Part shown: positions 49,771 to 63,025 of the stretch, one piece after another
Layout of the letters: every line of letters starts with the position of its first letter
Position numbering within the stretch: position 1 is the stretch's first letter
Source: Phaeosaccion multiseriatum
Lineage: Eukaryota > Protista > Ochrophyta, other classes
Assembly (NCBI GenBank): GCA_965112735.1
Contig: OZ218954.1
Location: forward strand, 1,364,001-1,428,000
Length of the DNA stretch: 64,000 nucleotides
Direction: 5' to 3'
The notes under the pieces: model-generated
What the model was told of the DNA's origin: nothing
Seen by the model: the letters and a program-made list of their open reading frames with translations, nothing else
The model's database searches: none
Position numbers and translations under genes: made by a program

Positions 49771-51392
49771 CACCATTCTCGTACAACAGACCTTTGTGGG
49801 AGGTCAGTAGGCCGACACCCCTCTCTCGCTCCCTCCCTCCTCCCCCCTGCCTCTCAAGTGTGCTGAGTTTGTGTGGCGTCGCCTGGCATACACTCTGGAG
49901 AAGGAGATTCACAACGCGGGGGAGGACAACTTGGAGAGCACCAAGGAGGAGGGCATTCACAAGTGCCTCGCGAGGACCTTCATGAGAGTTGAGAGGCGCT
50001 TCCTGTACCAAGTAAGTCAGGGGGAATGGGGGGAGGGGGGCGGTTTCGGCGGGTTCGGGCTGGGCTGGGCGTGTGTGGTTCTCGGGTAGACGAGAGAATG
50101 AGTGACTGAGTGACTGAGTGAGTGCGTGCGTGAGTGAGTGAGTGAGACGTCGAGAGAGTAGAGAGAGGGGAAGGGAAGGGAAAGAGAGAGGAGAGAGACT
50201 CACAGAGAGAAAAGAGGAGTGTGTGTGTGCAGGCAGAGAGAGCCCAGTCAGATGAAAGAGAGAGAGAGAGAGAGAGGGAGGGACACAGAGAGGGGTTGAG
50301 GGAGCACGAGAAGAGGGAGAGGCAGAGGTAGAGTACGAAATGGAAGGGGAGGTAACATCTCTGACAGGATCAGTAAATGATGCCCCCCCTCGTCCCATAC
50401 TGGATGCCTCTAAATGGCCCTGGATCAACTCACCCCCCCATCTCCTTCCGCATCTACTTTCATAGGTGAAGAGCGCCTTCGACGTCGGCTTCGGTGACGT
50501 GGCGCGAGTGGGTGCGTGCGTGGTAATGGCGCTGGTGCGAGGGAATACCCTCTACGTGGCCAACGCAGGGGACTGTCGAGTGGTGCTTGGGCGGAGAAGG
50601 GAGGGGGGCGAAGGGGAGGGAGAGGAAGGGAAGACTCTGGCCATCGTCAACAGCGACGATGAGGAGGTGGAGGGCGTGGCATCAACATCAACAGCAGGAA
50701 CAGCAGGAACAACATCATCATCAACAGCATTGCCTCCGCCCACGTCGCTGGGAATGACTGTGAAGAAGGTACGGATGGAGGCCTTGCCCCTCTCCAGAGA
50801 CCACAGCGCCAACGAAGCAGAGGAGCAGGCCAAGCTGCGCATGCTGCACCCCAACGAGATTGACATCATCAACTGCAAGCGGCCGAAGGTGTGCTATGTC
50901 AAGGGCCGGCTGCAGCCCACCCGTTCCCTCGGGGATGCGTATCTCAAGTACTCGGAGTTCAACGCGTCGCCAGGTGGGAATGAGCTGCTCAAGGGGTCAG
51001 GCCGCTACCTCCCTGCCCCCTACACGCCACCTTACATTTCAGCAGAGCCAGAGATTGCCTCACATAAGATCGACCCCGCTCGAGACGAGTTTCTCATCAT
51101 GGGCAGCGATGGCGTGTGGGACTACCTCAAGAATGAGGAGGCCGTGGCGGTGGTGCAGGGCATGGTGGAGGAGGGAAGGGGGGATCAGGCAGGGGATGCC
51201 ATCGTGGAGGCCGTGCTGGCAAGGGCGGCGGAGAAGTATGACTTGAGTCGAGAGGAGTTGTTTCAACTCAGCAGGGGTAGGGCCAGGAGGACCAAGCATG
51301 ATGACATTACGTGTGTGGTGCTCTTCTTGGGTAACGCGAGGCCCAAGCAGGACCAGGCTACTGCTACTGTTTCTGCTCTACCGACGCCGTGA
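48766..51392 (+). CDS. PP2C-family (PPM) protein phosphatase, pyruvate dehydrogenase phosphatase/clade D-like; exons 48766-49410, ~49859-50011 and 50466-51392
   Basis: ANAPSEDR, VDGHGG, GAC...LYVANAGDCRVVLG, LSRDH, VKGRLQPTRSLGDAYLK, PPYISAEPEI, FLIMGSDGVWD, HDDIT. Arg-rich N-terminus suggests mitochondrial targeting. Confidence 0.92.
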
Positions 51393-51984
51393 AGGCAGTA
51401 GTAGAGACGGGGAGAACGGGGGAGGGAGGAGAGGGGGCGGTGGATGCATCCCTTTCTCCCTCTCTGCCTCCCTGGGGCCCTCCTTTGCCGTGATGTATGT
51501 GTTGTATATGTAACGTGTGGCCTCTGGCCTCAGTAAGGTACAGTTCAAGTGCCGCAGGTGAGTTAGTTGTTGAGTTAGTTTAGTTTTTTTATGAGGATTA
51601 CAATAGAAGTTTAGGAAGTTAAAAGAGTGGCAGAGCGCAGCGGCACTGTCCTTCACGTAGCCTCCAATGGTAACTGCGAGTGTAGGAGGAGGGTGTCGAC
51701 AAGGAGTACTACGTTTTATATGTATTATGTAATAATTATATCATATAATAGAAATGATACAACACAGCAGTACAATGGTGGGTACAATGGTGGGTTGAGG
51801 GTCATATCCATAAGTCAAGGATCCATCCAAGTCGCACCAAAGCCCCGCGACGGGTCGCCGCAGTCTGAATGAATGTACCGCATCCAACAAGCAGTATGAA
51901 TGAATGCAAAGAAGAAGAAGGACCGCATCCAACAACCAGTGTGATGTATATACACAAAGGGGTCTCTCTCCACACATGTCTGCG

Positions 51985-51987
51985 GGC

Positions 51988-52018
<31 letters not shown>

Positions 52019-52020
52019 TT

Positions 52021-52072
<52 letters not shown>

Positions 52073-52097
52073 TGTGTGTGTGCGTGTGTGTGTGAGT
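51985..52097. repeat. (CG)n followed by (TG)n alternating purine-pyrimidine tract
   Basis: gcgcgcgcgcgcgcgcgtgtgtg... lies between two convergent gene ends. Confidence 0.9.
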
Positions 52098-52108
52098 GGG
52101 GGGGGAAT

Positions 52109-55100
52109 CTAAGAGACGTTCATTGAATGCACTCCTCCGTTTCCTCCTTCTCCTCCTCCCCTTCCGCTGCCGAGCTGTGCATCCTGAATGGCCGCAAGGC
52201 GAGCCATCTCAGCCTTTGCCAAGCTCCTCCTCTTCTGGGCAGGGTCTCTGGTGCTGCTCCTCCTGCGGGCATGGGACCCTCCACCGCCGATGAGACTGCA
52301 AGTTGCTGCCCCCACCCGATGCTCTGATGACATTGCCTCGCCCAGGCGTACAGCAATCGGTGTGTCGAGCTTTACTCCTACTCCTACTCCTACTCCTTCT
52401 CCCCCCCCCCCCGATCCTCCTCCTTCTCCGCCTCCTCGCTCTCCCTGTGCTTCTTCTAGGTCTCCTCCTCCTCCTCCTCCTCCTCCTCCTCCTCCTCCTC
52501 CTCCTCCTCCTCCTCCTCCTCCTCCTCCTCCTCCTCCTCCTCCTCCTCCTCCTCCTCCTCCTCCTCCTCCTCCTCCTCCTCCTCCTCCTCCTCCTTCTCC
52601 TCCTCCTCCTCCTCCTTCTCCTCCTCCTCCTCCTCCTCCTCCTCCTCCTCCTCCTCCTCCTCCTTCTCCTCCTCCTCCTCCTCCTTCTCCTCCTTCTCCT
52701 CCTCCTTCTCCTCCTCCTCCTTCTCCTCCTCCTCCTTCTCCTTCTCCTCCTTCTCCTTCTCTTTCTCCTTCTCCTCCTCCACCTTCTCCTCCTCCTCCTC
52801 CTCCTCCCTCTCGTCCGTCCTCGATCGGATCACCAGGGCCTGCATTCCCAAACAGACGACTGGCAGCCCTAGACAGAGTTGAAGCCTTCGATACCGCCAC
52901 GGCTCCTGCTATCCCGGCAAGTAGGGGGGAGGCTTTCATCTTAGACACTTCACGTGAGCGCGTGACGATGTCCACACCGACGTGCCATCTGTTGAGGGAG
53001 AAGGAAGAGCCAGTTGTGTGGGGGAGGGGGGAGGAGGGGGAGAGAACCACACGTGAGACTTGCGCATCCATAGAAAGAAGAGGGGCTGCAGTAGGCATCC
53101 CTGTTTCCTGTATGCTGTATCCTGTAGACTGCGGATTGTAGACTTGGAGACCTCTGTAAAGCCGTACACGCCATGGACGGACGACTGTGAGATAGTGACA
53201 CAACACACACGCACACAAACGCACACACGCACGCACGCACACACACACATCCACACACACAGACACACACAGACACACACACGCACACACACAGACACAC
53301 ACACGCACGCACACACATGCACTCACACACGGCCACACACACAGACACACAGACACACACGCACACACACAGACACACACACGCACGCACACACACAGAC
53401 ACACACACAGACACACACACGCACCCACACACATCCACACACACAGACACACACAGACACACACACGCGCACACACGGACACACACACGCACACACACGC
53501 ACGCACTCACACACACCCACACACACACCCACACACACACGCACAGACACGCGCAGACACGCACACCCATACGCACATACCACACACGCATATATATACA
53601 CGAACACACGGACGAATGTAAGGTGGACTTGCCTGCCTTTGCCGCCGATGTTTGCGAGGCGTACGACCCACGCGCTGCAGTCAGGTGTGATGCCCTCACA
53701 CAACACGTCGGTGTGCACCTCGCTGCCAGTGCTGCCCAAGAAGCCGGCAATGAGGTCGTTCTGTGTACGCGCATGCACCCACAGACAGGGGGAGAGGGAG
53801 GGAGGGAGGGAGGGAGGGAGGGAGGGAGGGAGGGAGGGAGGGAGGGAGGGAGGGAGGGAGGGAGGGAGGGAGGGAGGGAGGGAGGGAGGGAGGGAGGGAG
53901 GGAGGGAGGGAGGGAGGGAGGGAGGGAGGGAGGGAGGGAGGGAGGGAGGGAGGGAGGGAGGGAGGGAGGGAGGGAGGGAGGGAGGGAGGGAGGGAGGGAG
54001 GGAGGGAGGGAGGGAGGGAGGGAGGAAGGGACGGAATGAGGGAGGGAGGGAGGGAAGAAGGGGGGGAGGAAGGGATGGAGGGAGAAGGACCACGCCACCA
54101 TGCACATGACAAAGGTCGCGCAGCAAGGCAAGGATTGTCGTTAGAGCCCCCCACGGAAGGATCCTCCTTCATATGAACCCCTCGCCATCGATCACCACCA
54201 CCGCCGCCCCTAGCTAGCCCGACCATCCCATCTGCCGCCATCTATTGCCATCTGCTCCATCTTTTACCTGCATGGCCGAGTTGAGGTAAGCAATGCACTC
54301 CTCCAGCCTCGTCCGGTCTAGCGAGTACAGCTCCGTGTCCGTGAGCGCCACGACCGTCTCGAGTCGGATACCCGACGAGCTGAGGAGACACGTCTCTCCC
54401 AAGTGATGTCCCACCGGCACCGCCTTACCCATCAGCTGATGCTTGCGTCGCATTAGATGTGCGGAGTACTTTGGTGCAGCCAGGAGCGTGACCCGGTCGG
54501 TCGTCATGGTCACACACACCACACCGGAGCGGACAAAGAAGATTTCCGACCCCATCTCCCCGGCTTCATAGAGCACGTCGTCATGCAAGCAGGTTTGCGG
54601 CACCATTGCCAGACAGAGCCGCTTCTTGGTGAGGGTGGGGCAGTCGGCAAGGATGGAGTACTCGTCCATCCAGGCGCCGTGCACGAGCGAGTAGAGGTCC
54701 ATGCGAAGGGGCTCGGACAGGGGCGCCATTAACTCGGACTCGTCGAGGACGCCCGAGGTGTGCCAGCGATGGTGGTGGTGCACTCGGATGGCGGCTTGGA
54801 GGTGCTCGGGTAACTCTCGAGTCCGCATGTAGCCCGACAAGCCGTGCATCTTCTCTTTGAACGCCGCACCCCCCACCGTGTCCTGCGTCTGGAACAGGGC
54901 GGAGAAGGCGCCGATGAGGCCCGCGACCCAGCAAGCCCCGGAAATCACCACCACCCATTCCCAAAACGTCTCCAACCGGGTGAGAGGGTGGATATCTCCG
55001 TAACCGATGCTGCTCAACGTGGTGAGCGTGTAGTAAAAGGCTCTCGCGTAGCACCGCCCCACGCCTACATTGCACACGTCATGCTCATCTGTTTCTGGGT

Positions 55101-58100
55101 CGGCGTGGGCGGTGGCGAGGCCGTCTTCAGTGGCCCAGGTGATGTCCTCGAGGTACTCTGCGTAGCGGTGGATGATGAACCAGGCACACGCCCACCAGTG
55201 GTTCACCTAATAAGCGGGGGGGGGGGTGAGGGCGGACGGTGGACAGAGACAAAGGACGGCACAGTTTCAGTTTCAGTTTCAGTTTCAGTTTCAGCTTCTT
55301 CGCTTCCGTTTCAGTTTCAGTTTTTGCCCACTTATCACTCAGCCACTCACCCACTTACTCACCACCAACTCAACCCACCTCCCGTCCCGCCCACCCAACC
55401 CCCCTCACCTCCTCACGCCCCTACACCCCCCCCCCACTCCCTCATCACTCACCAACACGTAGCTGCTGAACACCTTGAGCAATAACCGCATGGGCATACC
55501 GAGCCGTATTCTCCACATCAGCCCCGCCTTCTCTAGTCCCTCCATGTAGGTCGGCAGTCGCCACATTCTCAGCAGCCGAATGAGCTTGAGGAACAGCACG
55601 ACTGTCCGCTCTTCCCCCACCCCCCCCACCCACCCGGACAAAGCCAGGAGCTCCCACGGCATGGAGGCCACGAAGTCCAGCAGGAACTTGTCCTTGACGT
55701 AGCGCTCGATTCGGGCTCGTAGACTAATGTCTCCCATGTCTCCTTCTGCCTCATCCACCGCCGCTGTCGCCGCGCCCCCTGTCGCTCCTCCTCCTCCGTC
55801 CGTCGCGCATCCTCCCCCCCCTCCTCCCCCTCCTCCTCCTCCTGCTGCTGCTGCTGCTGCTACTCCTCCTCTTCCTCCTCCTCCTCCCCCTCCTCCTTCT
55901 CCTTCTCCTTCTCCTCCGTCTGCCGCCAGCACCCTTTCTCCGCCACCTCCGTCGCTAGTATGGTCCCCGAGGGGAAAGAAGATGGCTCGGAAGACCATAT
56001 CCGTCAGAAAGAAGGCATCTACCACGGTATCCAACGCGATCCAAAGCCCGCTGTACCCGCTACTATTGACACTACTACTACTACCCTCCACCCCACTACT
56101 CCCACCACTACTAATGCCGCTAAAGGCGAGGCGGAAGGGAAGTGAAACCGCCAAGTATGTAACCGCGAGGAACATCGAACACTCCCACAAGATCCGAAAC
56201 GTGCAAGTCGGATTCACCCACTCCGGTGGTCCCCTCGACCGATGCCGCAGCTTTCTATCGCGCCTCTTGACTTCAATCCACTCCAGCACAGGGAGCACCA
56301 CCACTCGCCCGAGTGTCCAGTGGAGCCATTGCTGCTCCGCACTCCCGTGGGTGGTGGTGGGGGTGGTCTTGGTCCTCATGGGCGTCATGCTTCGATCAGC
56401 TCTCTTACCTCTCACCGAACCTCCCATTGCCCCCTCTTCCCCCCCCCCCCCCTCTCCTCCTCCTCCTCCTCCTCCTCCTCCTCCTCCTCCTCCTCCTCCT
56501 CCTCCTCCTCCTCCTCCTCCTCCTCGTGACACTTCCAAATCCGACGCCGTCCCTGTCCATGTGGTGTCCTCCACGGTGCCCTCCTCTGACGCACTATCCG
56601 AGCCCTCCGCAACCCGCTTCAGCATCTCCATGTCACCCCCACGCCCCCGTCCCTGCCCCCCCCCCTCCCCGTTCCCCTCTCGCTTTGCTTGGGCCTTGGC
56701 CATGTCCACCTCTGAATCATCTTCGGCTGCCACGCGCTTGTGCAGTCTCCCCAGAAACCCCATGGCTCTGAACAAGACCCCGCCCATCACCGACCCACCA
56801 GAGTGTGTCCGTTTCTGCCGCTTCTGCTGCAGCAAGTGGTGGTCTTCCCTCCAGGCGCTGTCGCCATCTGCTGAAGCGGTCATCCCCGACCCCCCCCCCT
56901 GGGGAGTCTGGTCCACGGGGGGCGTGTTGGCGCGGCCGAGGGAATGGGGTAGGGCAGAGAATCGACGGGCCCGGTCCTTCTCACTGATGCCCATCAAGCG
57001 ATAGAGCTTCTCCCCTGGTATCTGCGCCTTGCTCCAGTTGCTCTGCACGGCTTCGTTCCTCTTTTGATTGCCGAGGCGAAGGTCGCATAAGTCATCGTTG
57101 AGTGAGTAAGGGTCGATGTTCGCGGCTCGAAGCTCCCTGTGATATCGACGTCGAAATGTGATGTCGTGTCGTGTCGTCCCAACAAGAAATAAGAACGATG
57201 GAGAGCAAATAGAGGCGGAAGGAGGCGAGTCATTTCAGTTTCAAGTCAGTCGTCCGTTTTCCATCCCCTATCGTACCTCAACGTCACGCAACGCAACGGA
57301 AAACACACCATCGGTGTTAACCCTCAACGCTTCATCTTCACGCTGAACCCTCAACGCACCTCTCAAAGTCCTCCTTATCGAGGCGCAGTAGCTCGCAAAA
57401 CGTCAACGCCCTCACACTCGCAGACCGTTCCGTCATGAAGAAGAGCGCTGTGTCACCAAAGAATGATCCCTTTCCGAGAATGGCCACCACCACGGAGCCG
57501 TCCAAGCGTTGACCGCGGCTTCCTGCTACCCGAGAGGAAAGTGGGGGAGACCCTCCTCCTGCTCCCCCTCCTCCTCCTGCTCCTCCTCCTCCTCCTCGTC
57601 CTCCTCCTGCTGCGCCTCCTCCTTCTCCTCCTCCTCCTCCTCCTCCTCCTCCTCCTCCTCCTCCTCCTCCTCTTCCTCCTGCTGCTGCTGCAGGTACATC
57701 CAGTGGCGCCACCCGCCGACTTGAGCGAAAGCCAATGCTGAGCCTCGGCAACCGGTGCCGCTGCGAAGATGGCTCAGAGTTTGATGGATTCTCGCTCAGC
57801 AACTCGATACCCTCATCCTCCTCCTCGCCGACCTCGTTGATCTCCTCCTTCTGCTGCTGCTCCTTGCTGGGCTCCTCGGTATGTGGCTTCAGTGGTACTG
57901 TTCCTCCCTTGGCTACGGTGCCTGATCGACTCACCACCACCTCTACCCTTCCCTTGTCCACGAAGAACATTTCCTTGCCCGTCTCGCCCTCCTGAATGAT
58001 GACGTCACCCCGAGCGTAGATCTGAAACCGTCACACCACAGAACCGAATGGATATATGGGGAGGCGTGCGGTAGTGCCACCAGCCAAACAGGCGGTAGCG

Positions 58101-59905
58101 AGGTGAGGCGGTACGAAGTTTCAGTTTCAGTTTCAGTTTCAGTTCTTTTTAAAGCCAAACACTCACTCAAGCACACCCTCACACAGTCAGTCACTCAGTT
58201 ACTCAGTCACACACTCACTCACTCACTCATTCCCTCAAGGAATCACGCACTCACTCACTCGCTCACTCACTAACTCACTCTCACTCACTCTCACTCACTC
58301 GCTCACTCCCTCCCACCCACCCAACTTCCCCCCCCACGCATGTACGCACTCACGCCCTCCGACACACACTCACCTCCTGATGTAGACACATACTCAGAGC
58401 CTTGAGCACATCCCCCCCGCAGCGCGTGAGAAAGTGACACGTCTGTAGCACCGCTTCTCTTGAACTCTCACATACGGCAAGACGAAGGGTCATGGGAAGC
58501 TCTTCGTATTGGGCCTCCTCCCTACCCAACAAACCCCCGTGCTGCCGCCACACGTAGTCCATAAAGGAGTTGACTCGCTTCGTGATGTCGTCGCTGAGAG
58601 CGTGACGGTGCATGTAGTTGCGGAGGGCGTCGGCGGTGGATAGAAACTCCGACTGGATGAGGCGATGAGGTGAAGGTAGGGGGGCGGGGGGGGGATGAGG
58701 CAATCAGTCATTCGAATGGACAGCGAAAAAGCAGCATGGGGATCGAAACTGAGACTGACACTGAGACGGAGGCTGAGACTGAGAGTTCCGTGGGGACAGA
58801 TGTACACCTCTCGGGGATATCATTCATCATTCATCATTCATCATTCATCCACTCTCTCTCTATGTCTCTGCTTGCATCTCCCTCCACAACTCACTTATTC
58901 ACTCATTCACTCATTCACTCACTCACTCACCTCCTTGGAATCGAGATTGGCCACGAGATTGGCGACATTGCCAATGATGGTGGCATTCATCGTCATGCCA
59001 AACAGAATGCACAGAAACACATATAGCGTCTCCCCGTAGTTGGCGGGAATGACGTCGCCAATCACCACGACAACCAACGTGGGAAGTGACCAATTCAGCG
59101 CCCGAATGTAACGGTCCACGGTAGATCCGCCGTCCTCCGCCACGAGGCCATTCTCGATCTGGAGGCCGACCCAAGTGCCCTATTTTTGGTGTCGTATTCG
59201 ATTATTGCGAATATCGATGTTCCAAATTTAGATGGTCGACAGTGTTGATGTCGATGTCGGTGTGGACGTCGATCCGGGGGTGCGGGGGTTGGGGTGGGAG
59301 GGGGTATGAGTACCCATGTGATACGTGGGGTATAGCGCCAGCACACAAGCACACACGCACCTACGCGCACACGCACACAGGGGCACACACACACACAAAA
59401 ATACATACACGCACGCACACACGCATGCATACACGCATCCACACATGTACACACACATACAGATATACATACACACACACGCACACACGCACGCATACAC
59501 ACACACGCAGGAACGCACCTCCCAGCTGTCCACATCCCCACGGAATCGCTTGAACTTGGCCATGAGATAGAAGCCGCACGCCGCCCAGTGCGAGATCATC
59601 AGCACCCCTCCAAGCAGCTTGGCCAGCTGCACCGGCAAGTCACTCAAACCGAAGCTCTGCGCCGCTCGCTCCACAGACAGAGCGGCCGAGGCGGTGCGAG
59701 AGAGACGTGCGAGCTTTAACAGCCGCATGACGGCAAGGACGACGATGGCCGCCGCAGGAGAGTGGGGTTGCACGATGAGAAAGCCGGCAATGTCCAAGGG
59801 AAGGCATGCCACAAGGTCTGACAACAGAGGCCCCTCCTTGTATGCCGTCCATATTGCGTCGTGATGCTCGATGAGCTCGCCCTGTTGTGAAGTGAGCGAT
59901 GTGTG

Positions 59906-59940
<35 letters not shown>

Positions 59941-61978
59941 TGTGTGTGTGCGTGTGTGTGTTGTATGTGTGGTTGTAGGTATGTGTGTGTTTGGGTAGTT
60001 TGGGAGGAAGGTGGGCGGTGGGGGGTGGGGTATGAGTGAGCGGAAATGCGGCGGAAGGGAAGGTGGGTACACACAAATACACACACACGCAGACACACAC
60101 AAACACAGACACGCACACACACACAACAACATACACAAAAACACACACAAACACAGACACGCACACACAAAACCACACACACACACACACTCACACTCCC
60201 CTCCTCCCCCCCTTCCTCTCCCTCACCTGACTAAGGAAGGAGAACCTCGTTGCCCTCAGCCAGGCATCCCCCCAGCGCAGCACATCCATACACCAGAGCA
60301 AGATGTAGGCCGACGGACCGGGCAAGAAGGCAAGGCGCACCGGAAAAGTGGTGAGGTTATACGTCTCCATCAGAAACACACAAAGGTCCCACAACGTGCG
60401 GGTGCGTGAGTCCGGGTGGATCTTGCGCCCTTTTTCGCCCTGGAAATGTGCCACCGTGTCCTCCCAGAGGGTTCTCGCGCTGAAGCTCTTGCCCGACAGA
60501 CCAAAGAGGTCGAAGAGCAGGTCGGCCTCGTTCTTCTTCTTGCCCAACTCATCCACCTGCACTCGCAGCTTGGAGTACCGGCGAATGTTGCACAGCACCG
60601 ACGAATGGCACTTGGCCTTCCGACGAATGTGGTCTGTCAACGCTCGTAAGATGGCCTCTCTCCACTCGGGATAGTTGTCTGTCACCATCATGAGGTCAGA
60701 CCGACTCAGCACGAAGGTGTCGACATATCCTTTAGCAAGGCCGGTGGCGAGGCGTCCCGTTGAGTGGAGGAGGCCTTCTTCGCCGAAGCACTCTCCCTTG
60801 TGCAGAACCTCCAGCGTCAGGCGGCGGTCTGCGGTGACCATGTGCACCTGTTTGGGGTCACATATTTGGGGTCACATACGTAAGCATTGGTAGGCATGGG
60901 TACGTAAGTCCCTACGGCAAGAGGTTGCTGGGACCAGAGGGTGAGGTGCATACGCTACATTACGGTGTCTTTACGACGTGCCAATCAGTGTGCAGGGCGG
61001 TGTAAGAAGTGTATATAAGAAGTATGTGCACCCTCCCACCGCACCCCTCCCTGATTGCACACACGCCCTCCCTCACGCACACACAGGCACTCACGCACAC
61101 ACACGCACACACTTACCGCTCCCAGCTTGATCATGAACATCTCCTTGCCCACATCACCCGCCTTGATGATGACGTCATCCGGCAAGTACACCCTCGGCTC
61201 CAGTACAGCGACGATGTGCTCGTATAGCCGCTCGTCGCCGATATTGAAGAAGCTGAGACGGAGGGAGGGGAGTGGAGGGTGAGGGGGAGGGAGGAGGAGC
61301 AGGAGACCAACTGCGTCACCACTTTGTGTTCCAAGGCAGCTAACGTGCCCAAGCCCTGTCCCAAGGCAGCTGCGTGTGTCTGCGTGGTCGGGTGCGTGCA
61401 ACAGAACACAACCGGCAACCGGACCCGACAAAACCAACCAGACCACCCCCCCCTACACACAAAAACTCATCCTCATCGCACCTGATGCTCTTGAGACTCT
61501 CTCCATTGACATGCATGGCTATCTTCCTCCTGAGTGGGGCGGGTAACTCATCCAGAATAAGCCCCTCCTCCAAACACCCCTGCCGGCTCCACATGTAGTC
61601 GTAGTAGTGAATAATTCGCTCTCTGAGTGACGAAGGGTAATTCTTCTTCTCCATGCTCTCCCGCATGTCCCCCACCTTGGTCCGAAACTCCTTCGCCGCC
61701 TGCTGAATGTTGGCAATGAGCGCCGACAGGCCTCCCACCACGGCAGGCAGCAGCAGACCACCAAACACAATGGCCATGGTGGTGCACCAGGTCTCAAGTT
61801 GGTTGGTAGGGATGATGTCTCCATACCCCACTGTGGACATGGCGGAGATGGCCCAGTACACGGCTCGGAGGTAGCCTGTTGGGTGATGGCAGTGGATGGG
61901 TGGGCGGGTGCGTGAGTGGGTGTAAGTATGTGCGCGTTTGTGTGTGTGCGTGCGTGCGTGTGTGTGTGTGCGTGCGTG

Positions 61979-62014
<36 letters not shown>

Positions 62015-62988
62015 TACGTGTGTGTGTGTGCGTGTTGTGTGTGCGCGTGCGTCGTACCTGCGGTGCCGGCTGCAACGGAGAAGTCAATGGCCGTTGACTC
62101 ATTGGCCTCATCGGCTTGCATCCAGTTGGAGGAGAAGTGCGATTTGCTGAGAGTCGAGACAGGGGGAGGGGGGGAAGGAGGTAGGGAGGGAGGGGGGGAG
62201 GGAGGGAGGGAGGGAGGGAGGGAGGGAGGGAGGGAGGGAGGGAGGGAGGGAGGGAGGGAGGGAGGGAGGGAGGGAGGGAGGGAGGGAGGGAGGGAGGGAG
62301 GGAGGGAGGGAGGGAGGGAGGGAGGGAGGGAGGGAGGGAGGGAGGGAGGGAGGGAGGGAGAGAGGGAGGGAGAGAGGGAGGGAGGGAGGGAGGGAGAAAG
62401 GGGACTTGAGACAGATGCAGCGGGTAAGAGAGGGGAGGCTCACGCTCGCACTCACGCACACACGCACTCACGCACCTTCGCTGGCCGACGAGCAGCCACG
62501 CACAGCCTGCGTAGTGGCACGCAAGCACCATCACCACGTTGAGCATCATGAAGCGCCGCACGGACAGGCCAGGGGAGTACAGCCATCTTGTCTTACGGAC
62601 AATGTCTTGAAGGCGGTCAGTAGCGGCAGGGAGATGACCTAATCGCAGGACCTGGGCGGGCATAGGGGTTTTGTGGGGGTGCGTGAGTGTTTGGGGGGGT
62701 TGTGAGTGAGGAAAGAAAGCATACAAACCAACACAGTGAGCGCGTCCGCCGGCCTCGGTCGTAACCTCCCTCACCTTGCTGAAGCGTAGCACGGCCAGCA
62801 GGTCTGGATAGCCCACTGCCAACAGGTCAAGCGGCAGGCCCGTCAGCAGCTCCAGCCACACGTTGTGTGTGCGGCGGAAGCGTCGATGCAAGCTCCGAGA
62901 GTCATGCACCAAAACCGCCTGAGAGAGAGAGAGCGAGAGGGAGAGAGAGGGAGAGAGGGAGAGAGGGAGAGAGCGAGAGAGAGGGAGG

Positions 62989-63025
<37 letters not shown>

